DNA from: Eledone cirrhosa
Taxonomy: Eukaryota
DNA: 64,000 bases
Direction of reading: 5' to 3'
Assembly: GCA_964016885.1 (NCBI GenBank)
Contig: OZ024745.1
Location: forward strand, 34,224,001 to 34,288,000
Below the pieces are notes generated by a model that did no database searches, was not told where the DNA came from, and saw nothing but the letters and a program-made list of their open reading frames with translations. Position 1 is the first letter of the stretch. The number at the start of each line of letters is the position of its first letter. The position numbers were made by a program, and so were the translations under genes. Positions 28,384 to 41,080 of this stretch are shown in pieces.

Positions 28384-28390
<7 letters not shown>
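27802..28390. mobile_element. Fold-back element in (TA)n with ~188-bp inverted repeats, each holding a hammerhead motif (inverted Penelope-like pLTR)
   Basis: Arms 27863-28050 and 28203-28390 are near-perfect reverse complements around a 152-bp spacer. Confidence 0.85.
28277..28314 (+). ncRNA. Minimal hammerhead ribozyme, U3-A8 variant (mirror copy at 27939-27976, minus strand)
   Basis: cctt-TTGAAAA-gcag aagaa ctgc-GAAA-ccgg-TA-aagg. Stem I, stem II (G10.1-C11.1) and palindromic stem III accggt are all intact. Confidence 0.7.
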
Positions 28391-28430
<40 letters not shown>

Positions 28431-28476
28431 CATACCTATATTGTATGTATCTTTACACGTACACATTTTGTGTATA

Positions 28477-28512
<36 letters not shown>

Positions 28513-29009
28513 TATATGTATGTATGTATTTCTGTATGTATGTATGTATGTGTGTATGGATGGGTGAAGATATGTATGGACGGATGTATGAATAGATGTG
28601 TGGGTGAAGGTATATATGTACATATGTATGTACACGGACACAATGTGTACGTGTAAAGATGTACATATACATACATCAATTGGTTAAGACGACGAGTGTC
28701 CGAAAATTACAAGAACCTGCTGGTCAATTTAACGTGCACGTGTCTGAGCATTCTACTGACCATTAGCATGGTTCTTGGGCAGATTCGGCGTAACGCATTA
28801 TGTGACATGGCTGGGCCTTTGATTTATAAGTATCATTCGTTTTATTTTTAGCTGAGTAGACTGGAGTAACATGAAAGAAAATGTCTCTCTAAAGTCACAC
28901 ACGCCGCCAGGAATTGAACTCATGGCATAACGGTCCTAAGTCGAACATCCTAACTACTAACCCATCCACCTATTCATCCATTCATCCACACATCCATGCA
29001 TACACACAT

Positions 29010-29097
<88 letters not shown>

Positions 29098-29109
29098 CCA
29101 TGCATGCAT

Positions 29110-29147
<38 letters not shown>

Positions 29148-29178
29148 CCATGCATACACACATGCACACACACACACA

Positions 29179-29236
<58 letters not shown>

Positions 29237-29365
29237 GAAGCATACACATATATACATACAATATACCTCAAGCCACCCATGTCCCATCCATCCATCCATA
29301 CATACATACATACATACATACATACATACATACATACATACATACATACATACATACATACATAC

Positions 29366-29480
29366 ATGCAAAACATTCTTGCGATTCAAGGGATGACAAT
29401 TTCTTTTCTTTTACAACCTTGCCACCAGGAAGGTGGCCGGTCAAAAAAATATACTCGAAATTAAGAGAAAGAGAAAACAT
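29366..29480 (+). mobile_element. R4-like RLE LINE 3' end (short copy)
   Basis: Matches 34007-34090 (gcaaaacattcttgcgattcaagggatgacaatttc...ttaagagaaagaga). Sits between (CATA)n tracts. Confidence 0.7.
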
Positions 29481-29663
29481 ACATACATGTATGTATGTAT
29501 ATGTATCTAACATTATAAAGTAAGAAGAAATAATAGACACAAATATATATCTATTTTTTCTTCAATGTCCCGACTGTACAGTTTCGCTGTGTGAAAAACT
29601 ATATGTTTATATATACATGTATATGTATGTATGCACATATATCTGTGTACCTCTCATTATTAT

Positions 29664-29961
29664 CGGTGAATTGGCAGTATGGGTAAAGGGTTAGACGCCA
29701 TGCTTTCTAGCATAGTTACGTCCCTTTACAGTCTGAGTTCAAATCCCGCCGAAGTTAACTTTGCCTTTCATCCTTACGAGGTCGATAAAATAAAGTACCA
29801 GTAATGTATTGGGTAATTGCTGGGCTTGTGCCGAAAGTAGAAACAATTATTATCCCGCCGAGGTTAATTTTGCCTTTCATCCTTACGGGGTTGATAAAAT
29901 AAAGTACCAGTAATGCACTGGGATAATTGCTGGCCTTGTGCCAAAAGTAGAAACAATTATT
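29664..29961 (+). mobile_element. SINE plus tandem 5'-truncated SINE
   Basis: Full copy at 29664-29852 is directly followed by a B-box-to-tail copy. Confidence 0.9.
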
Positions 29962-30295
29962 GTATATAGTATATATATATATATATATATATCAAGTAAG
30001 TATGTTTTGAAACAGTGAGCAGGTTTGAAATTAAAAAATAGAATAACTTTCACCGTATTTTTGACTAAAGGAATTTTAGCCTGATAATGGGGTTTAGAAC
30101 CCTCAGATAAATGGAAAAATGATATATGTATGTATATAAATGAAAGGTATAGAAAATATTGTAGCAAAAAGCCATGTATGTATATATAATGCGATGAAAT
30201 ACCAATGATGGCTGGCAAAATCACTGATGAGGGACTAATTTTATAATATGTAATCCATGTGCAAACATGCAGTATTCTTCTTCCCCTTGTTTTTC

Positions 30296-30419
<124 letters not shown>

Positions 30420-30580
30420 TTAAGGATACTATTTATGGTTATGCAAATACAAAAACCTTTTGTAGTTATATATATTTTTACAAACCCTAAATAGTGGTAG
30501 TATATAACTACCTTATTACCAGTAAGTTAAATAGCTCAATGTAATAACATCAGTTGATTTACAGAGCAGTTATATATAAG

Positions 30581-30977
30581 TTATAAGAATCAAAGAACTG
30601 TTCAAAACATTTTTATGCTTACAACTGTTTCCTCCAAACCGAGGTTTGGATTCTTCGGAGCAATTTATTAATGAATGAACACTTGTATGACCTCCTTGCC
30701 TTTCATCCTTACGGGGTCGATAAAATAAAGTACCAGTAATGCACTGGGATAATTGCTGGCCTTGTGCCAAAAGTAGAAACAATTATTGTATATAGTATAT
30801 ATATATATATATATATATCAAGTGTATGACCTCCTTTGTAAAAATATATATTGGGTTCAAAAGGAGGTCATACAAGTGTTCATTCATTAATAAATTGCTC
30901 CGAAGAATCCAAACCTCGGTTTGGAGGAAACAGTTGTAAGCATAAAAATGTTTTGAACAGTTCTTTGATTCTTATAA
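30581..30977. mobile_element. Fold-back element: 117-bp inverted repeats with a hammerhead motif in each arm
   Basis: Arms 30581-30697 and 30861-30977. Plus strand 30896-30942 reads tgct-CCGAAGA-atccaaacctcggtttggag-GAAA-cagttg-TA-agca; mirror copy at 30616-30662. Confidence 0.8.
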
Positions 30978-31104
30978 TTATATATAATATATATTTAAAA
31001 GAATGGGTTTTAAAATAGATTGGAAGCACTCAACAGAATGGTTTTCCAGAGTTATTAATATTAATTCAAAATATTAACAAAATAGATATTCTTGTGATCA
31101 AGTA

Positions 31105-31171
31105 TATTTTATTATACATATTTCAGAGGTACTGAGTTAACTTAAACAGTACGTCCTCATCAGATAAAATA
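31105..31171 (-). ncRNA. Minimal type-I hammerhead ribozyme
   Basis: Minus strand: tattttat-CTGATGA-ggacgtactg...cagtacctct-GAAA-tatgta-TA-ataaaata, with an 8-bp stem I. Confidence 0.75.
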
Positions 31172-31176
31172 AGATG

Positions 31177-31247
31177 ATGCATGACATACCCTGACATAGT
31201 AGATGACTGAATCTTAACCATCTACTATGTCAGGGTATGTCATGCAT
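31177..31247. repeat. Perfect 29-bp inverted repeat with 13-nt loop
   Basis: atgcatgacataccctgacatagtagatg / catctactatgtcagggtatgtcatgcat, immediately 5' of the minus-strand hammerhead and abutting (TA)n. Confidence 0.9.
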
Positions 31248-31261
31248 ATATATATATATAT

Positions 31262-31416
<155 letters not shown>

Positions 31417-31465
31417 TATACATATATATATATATATGCATCGATTCATCCGTACATACATACAT

Positions 31466-31678
31466 GGTAGCTGCCAACTCGTTTTCGAGTACGGCCACTA
31501 CTTTATATCCATGTAGGAGAAACCCTACCGATGCACTGAACGAGTGTGACATTTTAGTCCAGCCAGCGACTTGAAAACTGTGGTACAAACACTACACTTG
31601 TGACAATCATTGACACATAGTGCTGGGCCCATGGTACCATGTGACGACAAGTGCAGATATAAAGATATAAAGCAATGC
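31466..31678 (-). mobile_element. RTE-type 3' end
   Basis: Reverse complement of 26837-27053. Encodes [26 protein letters not shown]. Confidence 0.75.
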
Positions 31679-32059
31679 ATACATACATACATACATACAT
31701 ACATACATACATACATACATACATACATACATACATACATACATACATACATTACGTTACATATTTTATTGAGAGTATTTAACGAAATCCAGCAGCCTGT
31801 TACCAGAATTCAGTGCTTATCTGTCCCCATGTAAAACACATTAAAAAGAAAGTAGATTACATATATATACGCGTATCTATGACTACATCATTACTTGTTG
31901 ATTTTTTTACATCATTTAACTTTATGCCGTCATTTTCAACGGCCATATTGATGCGGCGCTGCCCACACACATACATACAAACACACACATACACACACCG
32001 GTACACACACACACACCATATATATATATATATATATATATGTATATGTATGTATATAT

Positions 32060-32125
<66 letters not shown>

Positions 32126-32167
32126 ATAAATCTCAGCATATCTCTCAAATGTCAGGAGATACACACG

Positions 32168-32248
<81 letters not shown>

Positions 32249-32993
32249 ATATATAGATATATTTGTGTGTGTGTGTGTGTGTCTGTGTGTGTGTGTGTGT
32301 GAATGTGTGTGCGCTTGCGCGTGTTTGTATATGTGTGTGCGTGTGCGTGTGTGTGTGTGTGTGTGTAGATGTGTGTATTGTGTTATGCCGGAGTTGTTAT
32401 CGGAACTGGACTGAGCGAAACGTTCGCTACTAACTTGAAGGTCATATAGCCTAGAGAGAGAGAGAGAGAGAGGGAGAGAAAGAGAGAGAAAGAATGAGAA
32501 AGAGAGAGGGAGAGAGAGAGGGAGAGGGAGAGAAAGAAAGAGAGAATGAGAGTGGTGGAGAACAGGCGTGTGGTAGTGATATAAATATGTTCAGTCCGGT
32601 CTAACATTTCAGGGAAGGAAATTCTAAACAGACGATGATAAACGGGAATAGAATCTTCTAGATTTCTTTGTGATTTTCAAGGGATATTTCTTTCTTACTT
32701 TCTTTCTTTTTCCTTTCTTTCTTTCTTACTTTAATTTTTTCTTTGTCTTTTTTTTTTTTTCGCATAAATTTTGTTCATGGTCTCTTTCTTTTTTTTTTAA
32801 CTTAGTCATTATTTCTTAATTACTTGGTCTGTCTATAGTTTCATTCTCCACTTCGTTCTTTCCTCTATCTCTCTTTATCTTCATCTATGTAACTCCGTCT
32901 CTGTTTTCTGTTATACTCTCAGACTGTCCACCCCCTCTCTCTCTCTCGCTCTATCTATCCCCCTCTCTCTCTTTCTATTTCTCATATATGCAG

Positions 32994-33040
<47 letters not shown>

Positions 33041-33041
<1 letters not shown>

Positions 33042-33387
33042 GGAGAATCAGAGTGGAGAGAGAGGTACTGCACCCCAGTAAATTTACTGAAAGGTGGGTG
33101 AATGTGACAAACATGGCCCGAGTGATTGGGCCTTCTCTGTTTATAAGCCTGTAGGTTAAAGAGGGGAGCAAAAGGAAGAAAGGAGCACTTGCACAACACG
33201 CTCCTGGAGTTGAGGGTTGTTCTATCGACGAGGTATTAAACAACCCATTTGTGGCGCTTCCACCCTATTGGGGATTTCGATTGTTGTAATTGTTTGTTTT
33301 ATATTTTTTACACGACTGTTGTAAAATCCCCGGCATGACTTTGTATTGTCCCCTTTTCTTGTGAGCCCTTGTGGCAAATAAAGAAAT
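33041..33387 (+). mobile_element. L1/Tx1-like LINE 3' fragment in (TCTA)n
   Basis: Homologous to 58545-58871 and 59375-59716. Has AATAAA, with (TCTA)n upstream and TCTA-rich sequence downstream. Confidence 0.7.
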
Positions 33388-33827
33388 CTCTCTATCTCTC
33401 TATCTACCTCCCCTTCTATTTCTCCCCTCTCTCCGTCTACCCATCTCTCTCTTTCTTTTTCTCTGTCTCCCACAGTGTCTTTTCCTTTCAATCACTTTAT
33501 TTTCTCTACCAGAACCTCCCAGTATCCACATAATTTTACCTCTATTCTTCACATTGTCTTATCTTCATCTTATCTTCCGCCCTCTCATATCTACCCAATT
33601 GTCCTTTTTCAATTTTTTTTTCTGACTTTGTTCGTCTCTTTCAATATTCTTTCTTTCTCACGGCGCTTCTTTCTCTCTCATTCACTCTCTACTTTTACTC
33701 TATCTATCTTCGTCTCGTCTTCATATACAGTTTATCTAACTCTCTGCCTATCTGTCCTATCTGCCTGTCTTCATATACATACATACATACATACATACAT
33801 ACATACATACATACATACATACATACA

Positions 33828-34089
33828 TTACAAATCCAATATCCAAGATACACACTTAGCTTCATACCCATCATTATTGGAGCTACGAGATATATACCAA
33901 CCCGCTTGGACCAAAGTATGACTGAACTTGGATTTGCGGACAAAGAGCGCAGCTCCCTAATTCATAGTCTACAAATGGCTGCGATAGCTGGCACCTTCAA
34001 AATTTGCAAAACATTCTTGCGATTCAAGGGATGACAATTTCTTTTCTTTTATAAAAATATACTCGAAATTAAGAGAAAGAGATAACATA

Positions 34090-34090
<1 letters not shown>
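33828..34090 (+). mobile_element. R4/Dong-like LINE 3' end with restriction-like endonuclease C-terminus
   Basis: Open frame 33828-34034: LQIQYPRYTLSFIPIIIGATRYIPTRLDQSMTELGFADKERSSLIHSLQMAAIAGTFKICKTFLRFKG*. Matches the RLE-clade tail pattern IP+++GA.G.+P..L...L..LG...LQ..A+.GT..I.K.FL. Confidence 0.7.
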
Positions 34091-34131
<41 letters not shown>

Positions 34132-35514
34132 TATATATATATATAGTTTATTTAACTCTGTCTATCTTCCTGTCACCCTGTCTCTTCTCAAGCAATACGC
34201 TCTTTCGTCCTCTAGTTATTTGTTTAATCCACTACAACCAGGGCCATACTGGAGCAATGCATTTGTATAATAGTCTCTCAAATATTTTACTTCTGCTAAA
34301 AAATTAAAAGCTCGGACGAAGCACATTTTTTTTTTGTTTCATTTTGTGGCACCACACCAAGCAGCATTATGCCTACAACCTTTGTCACTACTACCAATAC
34401 TTCCACACATAAGATCATGTCCTCATCATCCTCATCATCATCATCTTGCTCCTCCATCCCTTTATCCCCATCACCATCCGTTTCCTCCACACCCCCATCC
34501 CCATTATCATCAACACCATCAGCAACAGCAACAAAATTAGCGACAGAAAGTACCATCGACCCCTGCAATATAATCATCAATTTTTTGTTTTCGACTAAAT
34601 AAATAAAAATGATAAAAATGCGTATTATACAGTGCAACAGTATACCACTACATCAATGCAACAATTTGCACCTTAGTGTTTGATTAACTTCACTTGTATT
34701 GCATCTGTTCTCTTACCACACCCACCCTCCGTTTGAGACAGTACATATGCACAAAGAAATTACTGCAATTGTAGTATACTAGTAACAATATATATTTTTT
34801 TTAAATTTAGGCACAATACTAGAAGGGAAAATCGATTAAATCGATCCTGTACTTAACGGGTAATTTATTTTATCAACACCGAAAGGAGGAAAGTTAAAGT
34901 TGACCTTAGGATTTGAACTCACAATGTAAGGTGCCCGAACAAATACAGTAAAGCATTTGTGTGACGCTTTATCGATTCTGCCAATCTACCCAATTTAAAC
35001 CTGGCGGAGCCTATACCTCCCCAGGCCTGAACACAGCTGATTTCTTTTAGAGTAAAGAACGAGTAGAAGTGAGAGAGTTAGGGAGTGCAAAGTATGAAAG
35101 GCAAAACTGACTTCACTGGGGTTTGAACTCTGAACTCAGACTGCTGAGAGCTGAAGCGTTCTATTACGGCAACTATTCTATTTAGATTCATGGGCACTTA
35201 ACTCCTGATTAAGTCAAAGGTGCACTTTTGTGCTATACATGGGCATTTTAGCCGAACACCGAGTCTATCCCTTCCCCGGGACTGAATAAGCCGATTACTT
35301 CCAGAGATAAAAACAATGAGAGTAGGAGAGAAGAAATGAGAAACAGATATTAGAGGAAGAATCGACCCAAGTACTTGACTGGGAATTTAATATTTATCAA
35401 CCATGAAAGGATGAAAAACGAAGTTGACATCGGCGGATGTGAACTCGGACCAAAGAGAGTCGAAACGAATAACGCGAAGCATTATTCTGCCAATTCGTCG
35501 AGTTGTACACTCGT

Positions 35515-35617
35515 AATAATTGTTTCTACTTTTGGCACAAGGCCAGCAATTATCCCAGTGCATTACTGGTACTTTATTTTATCGACCCCGTAAGGATGAA
35601 AGGCAAAGTTAACCTCG
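35515..35617 (-). mobile_element. 5'-truncated SINE
   Basis: Tail-to-body match to the SINE consensus. Confidence 0.9.
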
Positions 35618-37184
35618 GTTGGATTAGTAATAATGTGACCAGTGCAAAAATACCGCAACTTTTGTTGTCCGTATCCTGTAACAGTAGTGTAGTTTGATTT
35701 ATGCCTGATTAATAAATTACACTTGTCAGACAGACGGCGGTGAGGATAACAGTCAGTGATTTACACATCTTCATTTCAGCTTCAGCTTTGCTTGTCAATT
35801 TAGAAAAAAAAAAGGTTACCGGGATGGGATGAAATTAGTTTTAGCATCCCCTGCCGCAGAATGTTAGAAAAAATATTCAATTAAATATATTTTTGTACTT
35901 TTGGTGCATTAACACCAACATCCGCTCCGAGAAAAAAAAAAAAAAAAGAGTGGAATAGAGAAACTGGCCGAAAACAAATCGTCTTATATCTTGGCAACAA
36001 AGTTAATAGTATAAGGGATTATAAGATGAAGCAGACTGTTGTATTATATGCATTTACCACACCCTATGCTGTGAAGGTACGTGGTGTAGTGGTTTGAGGT
36101 GTTCGGTGCGTTGTGTCGCTTTATTTCACGTTGCTCCAGTCCATTCAGAAGAAAAAAAGAAAAAAAAAAAAGATTTGCACCTGTAATTCAAAGAGCCAGC
36201 CTTGTTACATACTGTGTCCAGCTAACCTTACCTTACTGGCACATGCGTTTGTAGCATACTCAGTCACTTGCACGTTAATCTCAGTAACAGGTCATTCCGT
36301 TAATTGAATCAACTAGAACATTCGTCGTCGAGATTCAGCTATCTGCATGTTATATTAATTGCTATCAAAATGACTAACCCTCATACTATACAAATCACCT
36401 CTACATGCTCTATAAATTGATACCCGTTACTACATAAATAGCTACATCTGCTATATAAATTACTTTCAACTGCTATATAAATCACCTCTACATGCTTTAT
36501 AAATGTCTACCCATTGTTACGTAAATTGTCACCTCTGCTATATAAATCTCTAGCTACCTGCTATATACATTGCTTTCCCTTGCTATGTAAATGCCTACCT
36601 TCATGTTATACAAATCGCCACTACTTGCTCTATAAATTTCAACCCGTTGTTACATAAGTTGCCACCTCTACTATATAAATTACTAATTATTTGTTATATA
36701 AAATGTTGGCAGGCTCAACTTTGCCTCCTATCACCATTCGAGGTTGTAAAATATCTGTGGAGTCCTGGATATTATCCTTACTTTATATCACTTTCCAACC
36801 TCCACTTTCTGTCTCTATTTCTCCGAAAGAAATCGGTTGCGTACAAACCCGGTGAAGGATGGGCTTCGGCAGGTTTCAAAGCCCCCTACGATTCTAACAG
36901 GAGTTATAGGCACATGGCATAGCATGACAAACTTTGCTGCATAATTTACTTACTATCTACTCTATAAGTAATGTGCCTATCGTTTTTGTCCTATACGTCT
37001 GTGACCTTGTGTGCCAATCTAAAATATTATTAACATTAATTGTAGTAGCAGCAATACTTTGATGTTCATTTTATGCTTATAACTATAGATGCAGAGAGAT
37101 CCACACAGGACTCCTACTCACCACCATGTATATACGTATATATACACGTTCATACATATATAGTTATATATGCGCGCACGCACG

Positions 37185-37254
<70 letters not shown>

Positions 37255-38057
37255 CACACACAGCAGGCAGCACGGGCGAATTAATAAATTAGTTTATTCA
37301 GTTTAGAAATAGTTTATCAACAAGTGAGTGAGAAAACAAATCAATGTATTCTAATAAAACCATACTTTCTATATTCAATGCATCAATATCGATCCTGGGG
37401 GATCGAACAGAGACAGACACAGAGAAACACACATGAGAGCGCATTATACAGGTGGGCGTGGGGAGGTTACTGCAGTAAACCCTTTCTATATTCGGTTGTT
37501 TAGCCACAGGTCAGTCCCAATAGAACATAATAATGACCAAAGGTATTCCTCTCTCACCGATCCCATCATATTTTGATTCATCCTTACATGGCTATTTTTC
37601 ATCTTGCATTATGTTATTATTTAATTATTCATTCATATATTGAAAATAGTGATGTGTGATGTTTGCACGGTGCTTGGCTGCTATTTCTAACAAATAGATC
37701 AACCACATTAGAGGCTTCCTCGTTGGTTCGTTAGTTCTGTAGTCCAGTTTTAGTATATGATGTAAGCTACATGTTTTAAGTTAACGTGTGGGTGGACTGA
37801 ACTGTAAAGTATGCATGTGCATGTGAGCATATATGCTGTATGTATGTATGTATGTATGTATGTATGTATGTATGTATGTATGTATGTATGTATGTATGTA
37901 TGTGTGTGTATGTATGTATGCAGCGATGTGTGTGTATATGTATGTATGCATGTATGTATGTGTGTAAGTATGAGCGTGTGAAACACGTGTTTCTGATTTC
38001 ATCGTTCATTTAATCATGACGGGTGTGCGAACAACTAAAGTAATGAAAAGTAAGAAT

Positions 38058-38128
<71 letters not shown>

Positions 38129-38130
<2 letters not shown>

Positions 38131-38296
38131 CAAGGATTTGTGGTAAGGAACCAGATGGACCATAACGCACCAGAGTACTCAATACTTAGGGTAGTAGAGT
38201 GGGTTATAGGAGAAAGTATGACCCCGACGGCAGAGCTCAAGCCGTTTCGACGGCTAAACGGCTTGAACTCTGCCGTCGGGGTCATACTTTTTCCTA
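38129..38296 (-). mobile_element. Family A hairpin mini-element
   Basis: Reverse copy of 63797-63992 with a central deletion of the hairpin. (TA)n flank. Confidence 0.85.
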
Positions 38297-38589
38297 CATA
38301 TGTATATATATATGTGCGTGCGTGTGTGTGTGTCTGTGTCTGTGTGTCTGTATGTGTGTGTGTATGTGTGTGTAGTGGGGCGTCAGCATGACTGTGTGTG
38401 TGTGTATGTGCATATGAGTATGTGTATGCGCATGTGTAAGGGAAAAAAATGAAGACAATGAATGAAATAGATGAACACATAAATAGGAGGAAAATAATTA
38501 AGAAAAAGAATGATAGATGAGTGGAAAGAAGAGGGGTGAGGGGAGAGAAACAAAGTTAATTATATATATATGTGTGTGTGTTGTAATGG

Positions 38590-38895
38590 TGCAGGGCTTA
38601 CTGGTTTTGGGTGTTAAAGCCCACGGTCATAGGGTCGTGAGTCCGACCCTATGACCGGGCGACGCGTTGTGTCCTTGACAAAGACACTTTATTTCAAGTT
38701 GTTTCAGTCAACTCAGCTAGTAAAAAATGAATTGTGCCTGTAACTTAGGGGCCAGTTATGTCACAGTCAGTGTGCCATGCTGAAGAGTGGCTGTTCGAGG
38801 AATGCTTGGCCACTTACATGCCAATTTTATGCGCAAGATATTACGTTGATTGAAAGAACTGGAAAAGTCATTGTCAAAAGCACCGAAGGTCCAGC
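38590..38895 (+). mobile_element. Old tRNA-derived SINE of a second family
   Basis: tRNA-like head followed by gttgtgtccttgacaaagacactttatttc. Related fragments near 8390, 10690-10880, 13540-13680, 23040-23140, 28700-28960 and 36080-36330. Confidence 0.6.
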
Positions 38896-38904
38896 CCATT
38901 CCAT

Positions 38905-41080
38905 TCCTGTGTGTGTATGTCTCTATGTGCGACTGCCTGTGTGTGTCTATGTGTGTGCGACTGCCTGTGTGTGTGTGTCTATGTGTGTGTGTGACTGCCT
39001 GAGCGTGTGTCTGTGTGTGTGCGACTGCCTGTGTGTGTGTCTATATGTGTGCGACTGCCTGTGTGTGTGTCTATGTGTGTGCGACTGCCTGTGTGTGTGT
39101 CTATGTGTGTGCGACTGCCTGTGTGTGTGTCCATGTGTGTGCGACTGCCTGTGTGTGTGTGTCTATGTGTGTGTGTGACTGCCTGAGCGTGTGTCTACGT
39201 GTGTGCGACTACCTGTATGTGTGTCTATGTGTGTGCGACTACCTGTGTGTGTGTCTATGTGTGTGCGACTGCCTGTGTGTGTGTCTATGTGTATGCGACT
39301 GCCTGTGTGTGTGTCTATGTGTGTGCGCGACTGCCTGTGTGTGTGTGTCTATGTCTGTGTGCGACTACCTGTGTGTGTGTCTATGTGTGTGCGACTACCT
39401 GTGTGTGTGTCTATGTGTGTGCGACTGCCTGTGTGTGTGTCTATGTGTATGCGACTGCCTGTGTGTGTGTCTATGTGTGTGCGCGACTGCCTCTGTGTGT
39501 GTGTCTATGTCTGTGTGCGACTGCCTGTGTGTGTGTCTATGTGTATGCGACTACCTGTGTGTGTGTCTATGTGTGTGCGACTACCTGTGTGTGTGTGTCT
39601 ACGTGTGTGCGACTGTCTGCGTGTGTGTCTATGTGTATGCGACTGCCTGTGTGTGTGTCTATGTGTGTGCGACTGCCTGTGTGTGTGCCTATGTGTGTGC
39701 GACTACCTGTGTGTGTGTCTATGTGTGTGCGACTGCCTGTGTGTGTGTCTATGTGTGTGTGACTGCCCGTGTGTGTGTCTATGTGTGTGCGACTGCCTGT
39801 GTGTGTGTCTATGTGTATGCGACTGCCTGTGTGTGTGTCTATGTGTATGCGACTACCTGTGTGTGTGTCTATGTGTGTGCGACTGCCTGTGTGTGTGTCT
39901 ATGTGTGTGCGACTGCCTGTGTGTGTGTCTATGTGTGTGCGACTGTCTGTGTGTGTGTCTATGTGTGTGCGACTGCCTGTGTGTGTGTCTATGTGTGTGC
40001 GACTACCTGTGTGTGTGTGTCTATGTGTGTGCGACTACCTGTGTGTGTGTGTCTATGTGTGTGCGACTGCCTGTGTGTGTGTCTATGTGTGTGCGACTGT
40101 CTGTGTGTGTGTCTATGTGTGTGCGACTGCCTGTGTGTGTGTCTATGTGTGTGCAACCGCCGGAGCGTGTGTCTATGTGTGTGCGAATACCTGTGTGTGT
40201 GTGTCTATGTGTGTGTGTGCGACTGCCTGTGTGTGTGTGTCTATGTGTGTGTGCGACTGCCTGTGTGTGTGCGACTGGCTGTGTGTGTGTGCGACTGCCT
40301 GTGTGTGTGTGTCTATGTCTGTGTGCGACTGCCTGTGTGTGTCTGTCTATGTGTGTATGTGCGACTGCCTGTGTGTGTGTGTCTATGTGTGTGTGCGACT
40401 GCCTGTGTGTGTGTGTCTATTTCTGTGTGCGACTGCCTGTGTGTGTGTGTCTATGTCTGTGTGCGACTGCCTGTGTGTGTGTCTATGTGTGTGGGACTGC
40501 CTGTGTGTGTGTCTATGTGTGTGCGACTGCCTGTGTGTGTGTGTCTATGTCTGTGTGCGACTGCCTGTGTGTGTGTGTCTATGTGTGTGTGGGACTGCCT
40601 GTGTGTGTGTCTATGTGTGTGCGACTGCCTGTGTGTGTGTCTATATGTGTGCGACTGCCTGTGTGTATGTCTATGTGTGTGTGTGCGACTGCCTGTGTGT
40701 GTGTGTGTCTATGTGTGTGCGGCTGCCTGAGCGTGTGTCTATGTGTGTGTGCGACTGCCTGTGTGTGTGTGTCTATGTGTGTGCGGCTGCCTGAGCGTGT
40801 GTCTATGTGTGTGCGACTGCCCGTGTGTGTGTCTATGTGTGTGTGCGACTGCCCGTGTGTGTGTCTATGTGTGTGTGCGACTGCCCGTGTGTGTGTCTAT
40901 GTGTGTGTGCGACTGCCCGTGTGTGTGTCTATGTGTGTGTGCGACTGCCCGTGTGTGTGTCTATGTGTGTGTGCGACTGCCCGTGTGTGTGTCTATGTGT
41001 GTGTGCGACTGCCCGTGTGTGTGTCTATGTGTGTGTGCGACTGCCCGTGTGTGTGTCTATGTGTGTGTGCGACTGCCTGA
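38905..41080. repeat. ~30-bp minisatellite (gcgactgcctgtgtgtgtgtctatgtgtgt)n
   Basis: About 2.2 kb of tandem units. Explains the 571- and 629-aa Cys/Val ORFs. Confidence 0.97.

Noticed and set aside
30088-30275. CTGATAA/CTGATGA motifs in a TA-bounded insert
   Set aside because: GAAA is missing and the stems are incomplete, so it cannot be called.
39015-41080. 571-aa and 629-aa Cys/Val-rich ORFs
   Set aside because: Translations of the GT-rich minisatellite. Open in several frames, with no domain or splice context.
38905-41080. CRISPR-like regular repeat
   Set aside because: No unique spacers and a eukaryotic context; it is an ordinary minisatellite.
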